A stretch of 64,000 nt of DNA, taken from positions 50,902,001 to 50,966,000 of the forward strand of contig NC_083228.1 in the NCBI RefSeq assembly GCF_032191835.1. Reading direction: 5' to 3'. The position numbers and the translations under genes are program-made. Shown here piece by piece: positions 1-13,391 of this stretch. The notes beneath the pieces were generated by a model. The model searched no databases, had not been told where the DNA came from, and saw only the letters and a program-made list of their open reading frames with translations. This DNA is from Heteronotia binoei (taxonomy: Eukaryota). Within the stretch, counting starts at the first letter, position 1. The number at the start of each line of letters is the position of its first letter.

Positions 1-26
1 CACAAACTCTCTGGTAAGGTAATAAG

Positions 27-192
27 CAGGGCTGGCCCTGCCACTAGGCAAACTAGGTGATTGCCTAGGGCGCCAGCCTTCTGGGGGCACTGAATTGGGC
101 TCCTTCCATGCGACTCGGTGATGTTATCAATGCAGGGGGGGCATCAGATGTTAGTCTTGCCAAGGGTGCCAGACAGTCTAGGGCCAGCCCTG
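27..192. mobile_element. hAT-type non-autonomous element (MITE)
   Basis: TIR CAGGGCTGGCCCT ... AGGGCCAGCCCTG; flanked by gtaataag/gtaatatg (8-bp TSD, 1 mismatch). Confidence 0.75.
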
Positions 193-2183
193 GTAATATG
201 CCATTTTTGGTAATATGCTCTGTCTCTATACCATATTGTAGAAACAGTTGAAATTGTTGCACTAATAGCGAACAATCTGTTTCATGCTCTTGATGAAAGA
301 CTTTAATTATTCATCAAGCCAACTTGGCTGAAAGCTGCACTTTTGTAGCTACATCAAAGCCGTTGTCCTGGAAGATCAGGGATTTAATTGCCATCTTTTC
401 CAGGCAACTCACCTTTCTTTTGAGTGCTTCCATGCTTTATAAAACTGCCTGCTTCATAGAATTTTAGATAACAAACTTGAGGTCATGTTTTTGTAACATG
501 GCTGCCGTATTTCCCTTTATTAGCAGATTAATAATGAATGCTGTTTCTCATATACTGACTTGCCACATGGATCATCCCCACTACATACAAATAGGGTTTC
601 AAAAAGCCTGTGTATCATGATAAATATCCTTAACCTACCTGATACTTCCCCCCACATGTACTCACTGGGATGGACTGGATAATACATAGTCTTGCAAGTG
701 GTGGAGAGCAAGTTGAGAAAAGGACACCTTACCTTCCTGCTATCCATCTTGCATCACTGTTTGTCAGTACAAGAAGGTAATGTTCAAATGGAGCCAAATC
801 CCATGCAGCTTATTTTCCCAAAAGTATCTGGGAATCCACCATGCAATCTGAGCCTACGTATCATGAATTTCGTCTTATTTGAAAGTTATACCGCTGGATG
901 GATGGGACAGTGACATCAAAGATGAAACATGCATTGTAAATAGGTGTGTATAGTGTTATGTGTTGTCTGTTCCAGACGAATGTTCTAGGAGGCTCTGAAC
1001 TGTATCTTTGCAGGGATGTTCTTTCCAGAACCCTCATCCTTCAGTTTTCCTGTTATTATATCCTAAGGGTAACTCCTAGTACTTCCCCCCCCCACACACA
1101 CACACCATTATGTGGTGTCAGACTTGATTTTCTTCAAAAAAACTGTATTCATCTCTTCTCTGTCTACCACTCTTAGAACTTGTTCCTGAAGTTGCGTGGG
1201 ATTTGATTTCCTTCTTACTGCTTTATTCTGTGCAATGTAAAACCTCTGACTTCTGTGGCTGTACTCTTACATTTAGCTGATGATGAGAACAGAATCAGGC
1301 TTATATTTGCATGTACAGCTAGCAATTGACTTGGAAATGATATCACTTTTTTGTATGAATAGCACTATTCAAAAGTAAATTAGATTGCATTTACTGCATA
1401 CTAGTTCCTGTAATGAACTGTAATGCTGAGCTTGTGACATCATAATAATTTCCATAACAATGCAACAGCATTACAATTTCACTGCAAGATGTAGCTGACT
1501 AAAAGGACTGTAAAAGAGACAGAACCTATTCAAACACAAATCTCTCCTATAATAATAAAGAAGTCCGAGAGCAGAATGAGTAAATTTAGGGCCACAGTAC
1601 TAAAATCTCTAATTCCCAGAGCAGTTTGACTGATGTTCTTAGGGTCAATCGAGTCAGCGCATCTTCCTCCATCTTCTTTTCCTTAGTTTTCCCTTCCACA
1701 CATGCTCCATAGTGACTCTGCATATGCAGAGCATGGTCATAATGGCTGTCATGGTGACATGCCACCCCTTTTTGTTTGTTTGTTTTTCAACACATGACAT
1801 AGCACTATAGTATAATAGTGCACAATAGTGTAATATTGATATACAAATAGTACCCTCTCCTTGAAGTGCCACCATGCACCTTTCATTTTCTTCATATGGA
1901 TCACAAATAAACCACTTCATGAGTTGAGCGGTGACTTCCTGCCCCACTCTAGCCATCTTGCAGCTTCCCTTTTCCATTCCTTTCCAGGCAATATGATCCA
2001 GAAAGTGATAGGTAAGGGGTGCTTCTGTCACAGCATTTCTGGCATGTGACCTATGTTCTTGTCCTGACTGTATTGTGGACCCAACTGTCTTGCCATTCCC
2101 CTTATACCTCTACAACAAAAAGAGCTGTATATTTTTAAAATCAAAAACTGGGAATTTTAAAGAACTAAAATTTAAAATGAAAA

Positions 2184-2352
2184 TAGGGCTTTTTTTTGTA
2201 GGAGGAATTCATTTGCATATTAGGCCACACCCCTCTTATGTAGCCAATCCTTCAAGAGCTTACAGGGCCTACTGTAAGCTCTTAGAGGACTGGCTACAAC
2301 AGGGGTATGTGGCCTAATATGCAAAGGAGTTCCTGCTGCAAAAAAGGCCCTG
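2184..2352. mobile_element. Palindromic MITE (CAGGGCTTTTTT family)
   Basis: Ends tagggcttttt ... aaaaaggccctg; internal inverted symmetry (gcatattaggccac ... gtggcctaatatgc); related copies at 6920, 52389 and 52856. Confidence 0.65.
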
Positions 2353-3489
2353 GAAATAGATAACTAGCGATAGATTGCTATAATGTTACTGTGTTATAGT
2401 GTGGTAGCATGTTTCTTTGTTTGTTTTGAAAGCCTACAATGACTGCTTGGAAAAAGGTACGTTCCAAGGGCACTGGCAGTGAGAAAATAGCACTGATGGG
2501 GGTGGGACCTGGGCAGGGCATTAGCATATACACTATTCCTTACAAATCGTGCAATAACGCATTTGGACAATGCTTGTTCCAAAAAGATAAGAGTAAAGCA
2601 GATTTGGAAAAGAGTTATTGAAAACAGAGAAGAACTGAAAATAGCATGGTTACAATATGGAGGAATGCAGCAGCTCTCCTCAGAAGGTTTAATGATATGG
2701 TGCGGGGCTATGAAGGTTCGCCATGGACAGGATGTCTTTTCCAGGTATCTCTCCACCTACACACCTGCCATTCTTCCTTCTCCCTTCAGGCCTGTAGGAG
2801 GCAAGGGCCTTAACAGACTGCCTCAACTTTGATTCTAGGGTTTTACTGGAGAAGGCCCAGAGCATCCTCCCTGTTCCCAGACATCCGCCCTTTTTTAGTC
2901 AGGGCATGTGCTGACGTATGGCCAAATCTGAAGCATGAAGAACCCAGGCACAATGAACTAGAAACAATTTCTTAAACAAATAGTACAACGAGTGTCAATT
3001 GAAGAAAAGTTGTAAAAATGGGGCAGAATTAACCAGGGCAAAACTCATAAAGAACCTGCCAGAAACCAACTAATATCCCTGACATGACTCCCTTACTTAG
3101 TTCCTGTCCTATTTCAACACCTGATCCAAGTTGGCCAGCTTCACCCCACCATGGGATCAACACCCTCTAAAAGCATTCTCACAGCTGCTGTTCTTTCAGG
3201 GTGAAAAACCTTTCTCCCTGCACAGGGCCTTATATGCTCTCTGTTAAGAGTTCTGCCTCCTTGATACAGTTGGTGCCTGTTTTCCCTCCATTTCTCCCTA
3301 GTCCAATCCTAAAGCTTGGAAGGTACCTGGGAAATGTCAGCCTATTGCAAAATTTATACAAAGCCTTTGTGGAAGAGAGGGTTCTTTGAGATCTGCAGAC
3401 TTCTTATTTTTAGACCTAGGGTCATGACTGTTCTCCAGTTTTGGAAGCCAAGATGGAGAAATATCTAAGTGTGGAAGCATCTGAAATGT

Positions 3490-3822
3490 CATAAAAACAT
3501 AAGAGAAGCCATGTTGGATCAGGCTAATGGCTCATCCAGTCCAACACTCTGTCACACAGTGGCCAAAAAAACTCCAAGTGCCATCAGGAGGTCCACCAGT
3601 GGGGCTAGGACACTAGAAGCCCTCCCACTGTGCCCTCCCCAAGCACCAAGAATACAGACCATCACTGCCCCAGACACAGAGTTCCAATGATAAACTGTGG
3701 CTAATAGCCACTGATGGACCTCTGCTCCATATGCTTATCCAATCCCCTCTTGAATCCGTCTATGCTTGTAGCCACCACCACCACCTGTGGCAGTGAATTC
3801 CATGTGTTAATCACCCTTTGTG
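3490..3822 (-). mobile_element. CR1 LINE 3' end fragment
   Basis: Reverse complement of the 3' UTR and (CTTATGTT) tail seen at 15480-15543 and 46010-46083. Confidence 0.8.
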
Positions 3823-3938
3823 ATCTTTAGATCACAAAAGCTTATACCAAAAATAAATGTTTTTATCTTAAAGATGTAATTTGTAAAGCAAATGTGATTA
3901 GTTAATCAATGGTATCATGAAGAACTCCTATTGTATAA

Positions 3939-4412
3939 GTTTGGTGAAGTGATTAAGTGTACAGACTCTCATCTGGGAGAACTGGGTTTGATTCCCCACT
4001 CCTCTATGTGCAAGTTCTGGTGTGACCTTGGGTCAGTCATAACTCTCTCAGATAATACTCCCTCAAAGCTGTGGAGTCTTGTGAGCAAAAATGCTACTTT
4101 GCAAGCTACTCGCATAAAGTTGTGAGCTACCACATAAATTAGTTGCTCTGGGGCTATCCTTCCTGAGCTAAGACAAAAATGTGTGAGCCAGAAGCTAAAA
4201 AACTGAGCTAGTTAACACTAGCTCTGCTTAGAGGAAACACTGCTCTCAGAGCTGTTTTGCTCAAGAGCAGTTCTCGAAGAGTTCTCCCACCTACCTCACA
4301 ACGTGTCTGTTGTGAGAAGGGGAAGAGAAAGGAGATTGCAAATCACTCTGAGACTCCTTCGGGTAGTGAAGGACGGGGTATAAACCCAATCTCCTCCTCC
4401 TTCTCCTCTTCT
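3939..4412 (+). mobile_element. tRNA-derived SINE (Squam3/MIR-like), diverged and interrupted
   Basis: Same head (gtttggtg..gtggttaagtg, ggtttgattcccca) and tail as the copies at 13392, 31865 and 33944. Confidence 0.65.
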
Positions 4413-5717
4413 TCACATATGGACACGGAATCTGAGATAAACAAACCTGGCCTACTTCACAGATGCCATACACAAATGCATGCCCATCACTTGACTATTG
4501 AACATTGCATGTGTTGTTGGGCCATTATGGTCTACAAAGAGAACTTTTATATCTCTCAAATGTAATGCAGTTGACTGGACTCAGTTCTCATGTTCAGTTC
4601 CCAGTCATCAAATGTACAATAATCATGTGTAGGGAAGAAAATCAAATAATATATGAAGCAGCCCTTAGTTCCATGCAGATCTTTCATATGGCTGACATGA
4701 GCCAAATACACTGCACTCTCTTTGCTATAACTTGAGAAGAGAAATGGAGTTTATGATGTTTTTAAAGTCAGGACTACTTGCCTTCATTTTGTGGTTTGTT
4801 TGTTTTTAATATAGCACTGCAAATTAATGTGTCATGGCGCTTTAGCTATCAGTTTGCAGTGACAGAACTATGTCTTGTAAACAACAATACAAATTTCTAG
4901 AGAAGCAAATGGTTCTGCCCTGACACTTAAATTTAAATATGAGCCTTTATTAAAATAGTTTGAATTATGATCTGAGTATCTACACATCACACTGGTAAAG
5001 GAGTTGCCTAATGAGATGAACACCATTTGTCTTAGAAATACACAGCACATCTTGATGAATTTTTAGTGATCTAATTAATTTTATTCAAGCCACATGGTCT
5101 ACATTGTTAGTTTCTTACATTTCCTCTAAGTTTAATGCTTAGAATGATACGTAATGGATTTATATAACGATAAGCTGTTTTTAATTGCTTATTCTGAAGT
5201 AAGTTTAGTACTTACACTGAGGTTTGTCCTGAGGTAAAGCCATATTGGTGTGCTGTTGGCATCCATTTTCTTCTTTACCTACCAATATTCCTGTTTGGCT
5301 CTACTTGTCTTTAGCCCTTCTTAAATACTAATTGGTATGTGCCAAAAGAAAGTGCAGGAATAGCCACGGAGAGTATTAAAATGTGTACGAGAATTGTTTC
5401 CAGTATTTCATAACCTGATGAGTAAAATAAAGGAAAGAGCAGAACCTTCCCTAACAAAGTAAATATCTATATACTTTAGCCACCCATGGCCCCCATCTGA
5501 GAGCTAAAATTGCAGATCAGGGCCACCCAGAGGCTAAACAAATCTTTCTTTAAACTTGGAACATTCCCCACATTTGCAAAAAAAGTCTTAACATTTTTAA
5601 AAAATATACAGAAAGTTTAAATCCCCCCCCCCCCAAAAAAAATGCATTTCTGTTATCTGCACAGACAGTGCTCTCACCCGATCACAATAAAGCCACTCCA
5701 GAGCACCCTGGTGGCAG

Positions 5718-5970
5718 GAGCTGGCAGCCACACTAGGCCCAACATGGCAAAGGAAGATGCCAGCAGCCAGGAAGGCCATCATGGTGGGGGATGCCAGCAG
5801 ACACACAAGACCCGGCTGCAGTGGCCTAGGATACAGGAAGTTCCAGTGGGCTGGCTGTGGTGACAGAAGATGCCGGCAGCCACACTGGGATTGGCTGTGG
5901 TGGTGAAGGATGCTGGCAGCTACGCAGAATTGACAGCTGTGGCACAGGATGCTGACAGTTGCACTGGGCT
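5718..5970. repeat. Degenerate GC-rich minisatellite, about 39-bp unit
   Basis: GATGCYRGCAG-like unit starts at 5718, 5756, 5790, 5830, 5869, 5909 and 5948. Confidence 0.55.
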
Positions 5971-6919
5971 CAACTGAAGCAGAGGAGGTTGCCAAGGTGA
6001 TTAGTAAATTATGGGGCCTGGAGCTGCACCAGACTTGGCGCTTGGGGGAGGGGGGGTTAGGAATTTCCCTGTGAATGCCTTCCTCCCCACTGAGCTATGA
6101 TAAATCAGCAGCAATGGGGAGCGATTCCCCCATGAGTATCACAAGTTCCCACTTGTCTCACTTATTAGACAGTGTGATTAACATCCACTATCCCTTATCT
6201 CTTATCCATGTAGATGACAAATTAATCTCTGTAACATTAGCAAAATGTCTTAGTACTTGTTTTTCTAGTGTTTTGCGGTCTGTTCTGCAAATCAGGTTAG
6301 CCCTGATATTTGACCCGTACACACATGCAGTTGACAATGTGGAGCAATCCTAATATTAAAATTGCAGGCAGGTCTTTCATATGGCTGACATGAGCAAAAT
6401 CTGTAATCATTTCATTATCACAGTTGTTAAACAATAATCAGATTATTAAACCTTTTACGATGCAATCCTAAATAGAGCTACCTTCTTCTTGACCCACTGA
6501 CTGCAATGGGCATAGAAGGTTGTAATTCTGCTTAGTACTGTACTGTTAGAGACGACCAGAACACGATATTCCCCTCTCAATCCATTGGCAATATCTCCAG
6601 TTAATCAACTGTCATCATACCATATTTGGCACAGATGCACTTGGATCTTTAGACCTACCTAACATATTTGTCTTTTTTGACATATATAGAAAAATAATCA
6701 GAAGCACACAAATCTTTAAGTGCCTAAACTGAAACTTTAACATGAACCTGTAATGGAGGAACTATGGCAGAACTGGAATATGGAACAGAATATGCAAATT
6801 CAGGGGGGAAAGGTTTGGCAAGATATACTGTACAATGTTAACTGTAATTAGATTACAATTAACACAAAAAAACAAGATCATTCTTTGCAGCTACTAGATG
6901 CCTCATAGATTCTCTCAGT

Positions 6920-7117
6920 CGGGTCTTTTTTGAACAGAAACGCACAGGAATGCTGTCCAGCCTTCTTGGTATCAGGGGATGTGGCCTAATATACAAATGA
7001 GTTCCTGCTGCGCTTTTTCTACAAAAAAACCCTGTGCGAAACAACGGTACTTTGAGGGGGTGTGGCCTAATAAGCAAATAAGTTCCTGGTGGGCTTTTTC
7101 TACAAAAAAATGCCCTG
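6920..7117. mobile_element. MITE (CAGGGCTTTTTT family) with doubled right end
   Basis: Two consecutive ...tttttctacaaaaaaa(t)gccctg-type ends; ctctcagt/ttttcagt flanks. Confidence 0.6.
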
Positions 7118-7312
7118 TTTTCAGTTATAGCTATCAGACTTCATTTGATAGGTATTAAAGATACAACCTACCAAGAGTTAATGTGATGCCTATGTTATGG
7201 GTAAGTCTGATTATTGTGCCAATTTGGTTAGAAATTAATAGACAAATTAATTTTACATTAGAATGCTAAGTGGAACTCAGTGGAATGGCAGCCACTGAGA
7301 GATGACTACAGA
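7110..7312 (+). repeat. 203-bp direct duplication, copy 1
   Basis: Near-identical to 8954..9156 (atgccctgttttcagttatagc ... gagagatgacYacaga). Confidence 0.9.
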
Positions 7313-8574
7313 AGGGGGTACAGTCACACAATTATATCCCTTCCAGCATAACCTGGAAGCATCAGCATTCACCACTGTAGTGCTTACCAAAATTTTTCAG
7401 ATGACTGTAGACTATCACCCAAGCATGATGCCAGAAGTGACATAATGTGCGGGGTCAATGATCACTACCTCTCCTTTGGCCAACCTGTTTCTGCCACAAA
7501 CAGCTGAGCATCAGTAGGCAGTAGACAAAATTGCTGGGAGGTTGCCTACTGTAAGCAGGCATCTGGCAAACCTAGTTAGGGATCATGTGAGAAGAGATAC
7601 AAATAAAACCTGGATTTGAGAGATTTGGTATGGTTCTTCTATATGATTTGTCTCTTCCACACACTTTCTCTGTACCTGCATTACCCAAATAACACAGGAT
7701 GGAGATAGCAGGCCCTTTCTGCATTCAGGTTTGATCCAGATTTTGTGACCACTCAATCAACATCACTTAAATTGATTCTGCATTTAAAAATTTGCTTTGC
7801 ACCTTTCCAAATGAAAAATCTGCGGATTTAACTTATGTATTCGCATTGTTTAATGCACTTCTGGGCTATATTTTTATTTTTAAGCTAGCATTTTGTGGTT
7901 CTATAGATTGTGTGCTAGATGGTAGTGCCTCTGCAATATTCCCCTTAAGTTCAGTATGTTTAGCAAAACTAACTTTGCCTTGGTTTAAAAGTGACAATTG
8001 TTTTCACTCATCAAAAACCTCTACAGATTCTTTCATCATGTTGAAGATGGGGCTATGTCATGACTGAACTGTGATCCCCATACAAATTAATATTAGAAGC
8101 TAGATTGCCATGGAACATACACTGAGATGTAAATTAACATGACAATCTGACATTTAAATGCAAACTATGGAGGTTTAGGGAGGAGTTTGGAAACCAGAAG
8201 GAAAACTTCTACAATTAAGACTTAGATCTGGATCTGGAGAAAGCTCCAGGCCAAAACAAGTTTTGAGAACTGGGAGGCAACAGCAGAGTAAAACTGCTGT
8301 CAGTACACATTCATACAAAACAAATTTAGAAACTAGAAGAAACCATGAGGCAAGACAGAACTGAAGGCATATGTAATGTAGAAGGTAGCTTTGAAATGCG
8401 CACAAAAGAAAGGATTGAATGGCTAAGGGCCGCAATCATGTAACTCCTAAACCAAATGAAAAGCAAAAGATGTATTTTTATTGGTAATGTACGATGCCAT
8501 TGATAAAAGTTAGACAAAATTCCTTTCATTGACCTCAGTTAATTAATCAGAATGTTGCAACTGTTTGATTTCAG

Positions 8575-8710
8575 ATAACAGAAGTTTAATAACTGGACTT
8601 CTCATTACCACCCTATGCCTTACAGCTGCTGGGTTACTTATGTATCTCAAAAGAAAAATCTTAATTAGATTGTTCCTTATAAATAAGAAGACTACAATAG
8701 AGAAATTAAG
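8575..8710 (+). CDS. ADAM12: ADAM12 transmembrane exon (DNRSLITGLLITTLCLTAAGLLMYLKRKILIRLFLINKKTTIEKLR)
   Basis: tttcag acceptor, gtaag donor, 136 bp, phase 1 to 2; matches human DNQGLTIGILVTILCLLAAGFVVYLKRKTLIRLLFTNKKTTIEKLR. Confidence 0.95.
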
Positions 8711-8953
8711 GTAAGAAATATCTTAACCTCTCTTTTTTCTTTAATAAAAATAAAATAGATAAAATAAAAATAAATAAAAATTTAAAACACCAATTTTCCA
8801 TTTGTTTTTAAAATCTTCAAGGCTGAGCATCATCATGCTCATGTATCTCTTTTTCATTTTTGTTTTAATAAAATTCGTTGTAAGTACTAGCCTCCAGGCT
8901 TACCCGGGGCCACTTCTGCAGCCACAGGGGTGGGGAATGAGTGAAGAGGAAGG

Positions 8954-9156
8954 ATGCCCTGTTTTCAGTTATAGCTATCAGACTTCATTTGATAGGTATT
9001 AAAGATACAACCAACCAAGAGTTAATGTGATGCCTATGTTATGGGTATGTCTGATTATTGTGCCATTTTGGTTAGAAATTAATAGACAAATCAATTTTAC
9101 ATTAGAATGCTAAGTGGAACTCAGTGGAATGGCAGCCACTGAGAGATGACCACAGA
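8954..9156 (+). repeat. 203-bp direct duplication, copy 2
   Basis: Near-identical to 7110..7312. Confidence 0.9.
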
Positions 9157-9842
9157 TGGTGGAGGGCTGTGGCACTTGATCCCAACCATGGCTTGAGCTG
9201 CTAGTTGGCCACCCAAGTTTGTGGGGAAGAGGAGGGGCTTCTCCCTCAGCCTTTTGGTCCACAAATAAATGGTGCCGTTTATTCAATAAGTAAAGAGACT
9301 GTAACCTAAAGCTGTACTTTACAACATAACTTGTTTCATTTTGAAGGAAAGACCAGAAAAAGGAGTATAGGCTGCTCTGATTCTCTCTCCAAGCCACCTA
9401 TGGGTGGTATAATGAGGGGGATGTCACTCTGTTGCAGGAGCTCAGCTGTCACCAACAGGGAGGTGATCAGTATTGTCCCTGGATCACTTATGGCCAGGTG
9501 TGATAGCTGGGGTTCCTTTTTAACCTCCTTTTCCCTTTTCCAGCAGCTGTGGCCAATTTTTCAGTTGTGAAGGCTTCTGAGAGAACATCAAAAGTCCTGG
9601 TCAAAGGGTTAGAGACAGTTTTGCCACTGTTTCCAGGAGGGAAATACTAACACAGAATTACCTTCTCCCACAGCACCTTGTATCCCACACAGGAAACCTT
9701 TTAATAGAGAAGAGGAACATCTGGTGCCTGAAAATAGTCAGTCATTACACTGCAGCACAGAAGTGCATCAGAAGTGCTTCAAGTGCATAACTAAACTCCA
9801 AGCTAATGTAGGCTTCAGTCTTTGCTACATAGCCAGCCCACC

Positions 9843-10047
9843 TTGGGTTGCCAAACTCCAGGTAGTAACTGGAGATCTCCTGTGATTACAACTGATATCC
9901 AGGTGATACAGATTAGTTCACTTGGAGAAAATGGCCACTTTGGAAGGTAGACTGCATGGCATTATACCCCACTGAAGTCCCACCCTTCCCCAAACCTCAT
10001 CCTCCACAGACTCCACCCTCAAAACCTCCAAGGATTTCCCAACCCTA
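9843..10047. mobile_element. hAT-type non-autonomous element (TAGGGTTGCC family, short form)
   Basis: ttgggttgcc ... aacccta ends; perfect 8-bp TSD agcccacc. Confidence 0.75.
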
Positions 10048-10589
10048 AGCCCACCCTGCACAATAGGTGGGAGCCATTGCTGCATCAGTCCAAGCAACTG
10101 AGGCCCACCATCCTGGGGTTTGCCCCAGGAAAAACAGTAAGTACACATGCTTTTATCTGGAACACTTCCAACAGGGAATCAAGACCATGGATCTTCTGTG
10201 CAAACATGTCCTAAATGTTTTTTGCTTGTTGTTATATTAATAAGCAATTTTTAAAGCAAAGTTTTAAAAATGTTCTGACCTGCTTTGAAGTACTAGGGTC
10301 ATCTTTTCTGTACTAATCCACCAAATGAACCGCAATATCCAGAGCTGAGGTCATTGCTGCTTAAACAGCATCTTCATTAAAACAGTCATTTGGGAGTTCT
10401 AAAGCAGCATTTCTACAGATTGCAGGAGCTAATTTAACAGACTAATGGTTCCAAACAAAACAATCAGTATTTATTTTTAATCTTGCAAATATATTAGATG
10501 GGTTTTACTTTTACTGTTTACTGAAGAAAGGAAAAATGAGCAAGTTTTTAAAGCACTGACCATCTTTAACTTATATTCTTCTGTTGCAG

Positions 10590-10698
10590 GTCTGTGAATC
10601 CAGCACGGCCTTCTAGTACATTTGAGTCCAATCATGGTCATACCACAACTCTCAATAAAAATCTAGTCAAAAAGCCACAAAATTTAAACACACCTAAG
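10590..10698 (+). CDS. ADAM12: ADAM12 cytoplasmic exon (SVNPARPSSTFESNHGHTTTLNKNLVKKPQNLNTPK)
   Basis: ttgcag/gtgggt sites, 109 bp, phase 2 to 0, in frame with both neighbouring exons. Confidence 0.88.
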
Positions 10699-11324
10699 GT
10701 GGGTCTATCAAAGCGCTACTGATCAAATCTAAGCTATGTTTCCCACATTTTTAAAGCTTATATGGGGTATTATGAAATTATAGAGTATTACAGTTATGAG
10801 TGGAACAGAAGCAAAACTACCTAGGTTCAAAAATGTGTGCCGACTTCCAAATTCTAGACAGATAGAGATTTCCAGTGGTGAAAAAGAAATGAATGCATTT
10901 TGTCTCTGAATTTTAGCCAGCCTTCTCAGTGTGGAACAATGCTATTCAAACATCCAAGGATCAGTGTGGAGTAAGCTTCTGGAAGCTGTTAATTGGTTGT
11001 TCTTTGGTTTCAGAAAAGGTGAAGTGAAAATGGGCATATAAAAAAGGAAGCTCCAAGCCCATTCAAAACAATCTCAAAAGCAATAATATTTATGTCCATA
11101 AGATATAAAGATCTGTCAGAGAAGCAGCGTACGAACACAACTTAGCAATGAAGTTAAATATTTTAGCTTGCATGGATTTCAATGAGAAAACTGAAAGTCA
11201 TGTTTAGTGTACTCTCTGTTTCCCTTTCTCATTGAAATTAGTGGGACTTGGAAACGTTTAATTTTGTCCAGTTCATGTCTATGTTTTTAAGCTGCTAACT
11301 AAGCTTTGATCTATGTGTCTACAG

Positions 11325-11507
11325 AGGAATGATTCACAAAGATTGCTGCGGTATCAGAGAGGTGACATTAGTGACCCTATGAAGGCACAGGATATACCAC
11401 GGTCCAACCCACCAGAACGTATCTTGCCACCTCTTTGTGACCTATCCTGTAAGCAGTCTGTGCCCACAAAGATGCTACCAGACAACCCTTTCCCCAGGCA
11501 TAAAGAG
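11325..11507 (+). CDS. ADAM12: ADAM12 cytoplasmic exon (RNDSQRLLRYQRGDISDP...RILPPL...FPRHKE)
   Basis: ctacag/gtaggt sites, 183 bp, phase 0; resembles human RRLLQCQNVDISRP...RVLPPL. Confidence 0.9.
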
Positions 11508-13391
11508 GTAGGTACTTTTCAAGATGCCATAAATCCATGGCATGGTGAGACTGTAAACTTTTCAAGGGTAACACGTGGAGGTTGTCTGCACTAGGTCACA
11601 GACAGCAGTGTGTTTATTTCTTTCTCATAGTAGGTCCAAACTAGACATTACATGTGGCATGAGCCACGTATGGATGTTGGTCCTGACACTGTAATACCAA
11701 AGAACTGTGTAGATCACTGAAAAATCACTAAATTGCTCTGTTGGGCTCCAGAGACTATGACAGAGAGAAGAAGATTCTGACTTCAGTACTGTTCTATTTT
11801 TGCCAACAGAAATGTCTGTGAGTGGTTATTTGTCCCCTTTTTTTAAAGTATGCCTTTAGTCCAGGGGTGTCAAATGTCTGGCCCACGGGTCAGAACTAGC
11901 CCATCCAGGGTTTCAATCAGGCCTGTGAGGCTCTTTTCTATCACCCCCTCCTGTCCTCACTCTTTGAAGTTCCGAGGCTGCTGAAGTTCCCAGCTCCTTT
12001 TTACTGGTCTTTGCAGGAAGCAATTCTGGGCTTGCAGAACTGCAAAGAAAATGCAGAATGATGATAGATTTAACATAAAATCTTATAGGTTCTAATTGTG
12101 ACTATTTTTTTGAAAAAGTTAACAAATGCTAGCATGAAAACTTTATAATGGTGCTAATGAAGTTACTTGTATTCTGTTAATGTCTCATATTCAAATGTTT
12201 TATGTAAATTGATTGAGTGAGCTGGTTGTTGACTGTAATAATAAATTTGAACTTTGAACTTAGTGAAGGAAATATATTCCATAGTAGATGAAATTGATAA
12301 GATAGGATAACAATGTTAAGAAAGTAAGAGAATATTAGAATATATATAAAGGCTTTAACAGGAAGCTATCTTGGACCTTTGATGAGAAAAATATTTTTAT
12401 AGGAAATTTTTGACAGGCAAAAATACAACCCACAGGGAAATAGTTAAGTATCCCCATCTTCTATATGAACTTTTCATCCTGCTGTTTCCTTGAGGTTTTT
12501 TTTTAAAAAAAAAAAACTAAGAGAAAATATAACCACGGAATATCATGTGTACTTTAACCTTCTGTCTCTGGAACTCATTGGCAGAGGATATATAGGTCCA
12601 GCAATTAAACAGATGTTTTAAAAATGCATATGGAAGTAGACATACTGTGATCTCTTAGTGCTTCTGTTGTATTTCAGATTCAGTCTGCAGGAATTTGACA
12701 TTCATAGGACCGTTTATAATACCCAATGCATTAAAAAAATTCTGATTTGTAAATTTATAAGTAACAAGAGCTAATGTTATTTAACATACCCTTTCCCTGA
12801 TTACATGTCAAAATATGGTACATTTATACAGCCCTCCTAGTTACTGTTCTAAAGTTGAAGGAATAAATCTATCTGATCTATAAATACTTTACACTCTCAG
12901 GAGAAACTGGGTCAGAGAACAAGCTTTGCTGGCACAGAGAACTTCAGCAGTTGTGCAAAACAGTGGCTTTAAGGCTGGCAACTCACATCAGCAAAAAGAT
13001 GGATTTTTTTTTTTTGCTTCTGTTTCAATATATTGCCATAATTTTATAAGCATAGCCACATTGCACATCCCTTGGAGCCTCAGTAGAAGCAGGACTATTG
13101 GTTTTGCTCCCAGTGTAATGTTCCCTGGTGCTACACTTTGTTTTCATAAGAGTGTATGGAACCCATTAAATTACTTATATAAGAGATGGGAAAATGTAGC
13201 AGAAATAGCCTCAGGCTGAACAAGCTGAACAGGAAACAGTTGGTTGACACAGGGCATGAAGTTTAGTCAGGTTGGTTGGCTCAAGCCATCTGAGGGAGTC
13301 TCATTCCTTAGGCCACATGGATTGACCTAATGGGGATCATGGCTGGCTGGAGTGGGGCTGGTTAGCATGCCCAGGAAGTAGACAGAAGGAG

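Noticed and set aside
1-8574. ADAM12 EGF-like exon or a human-type ADAM12-S terminal exon
   Set aside because: No CNN..NCHC or ADAM12-S-like coding segment found by eye; the EGF exon is presumably upstream of the window.
11508-11594. Read-through of an ADAM12 exon giving an alternative C-terminus
   Set aside because: A good gtaggt donor is present and the extension has no recognisable similarity; a short open frame is expected by chance.
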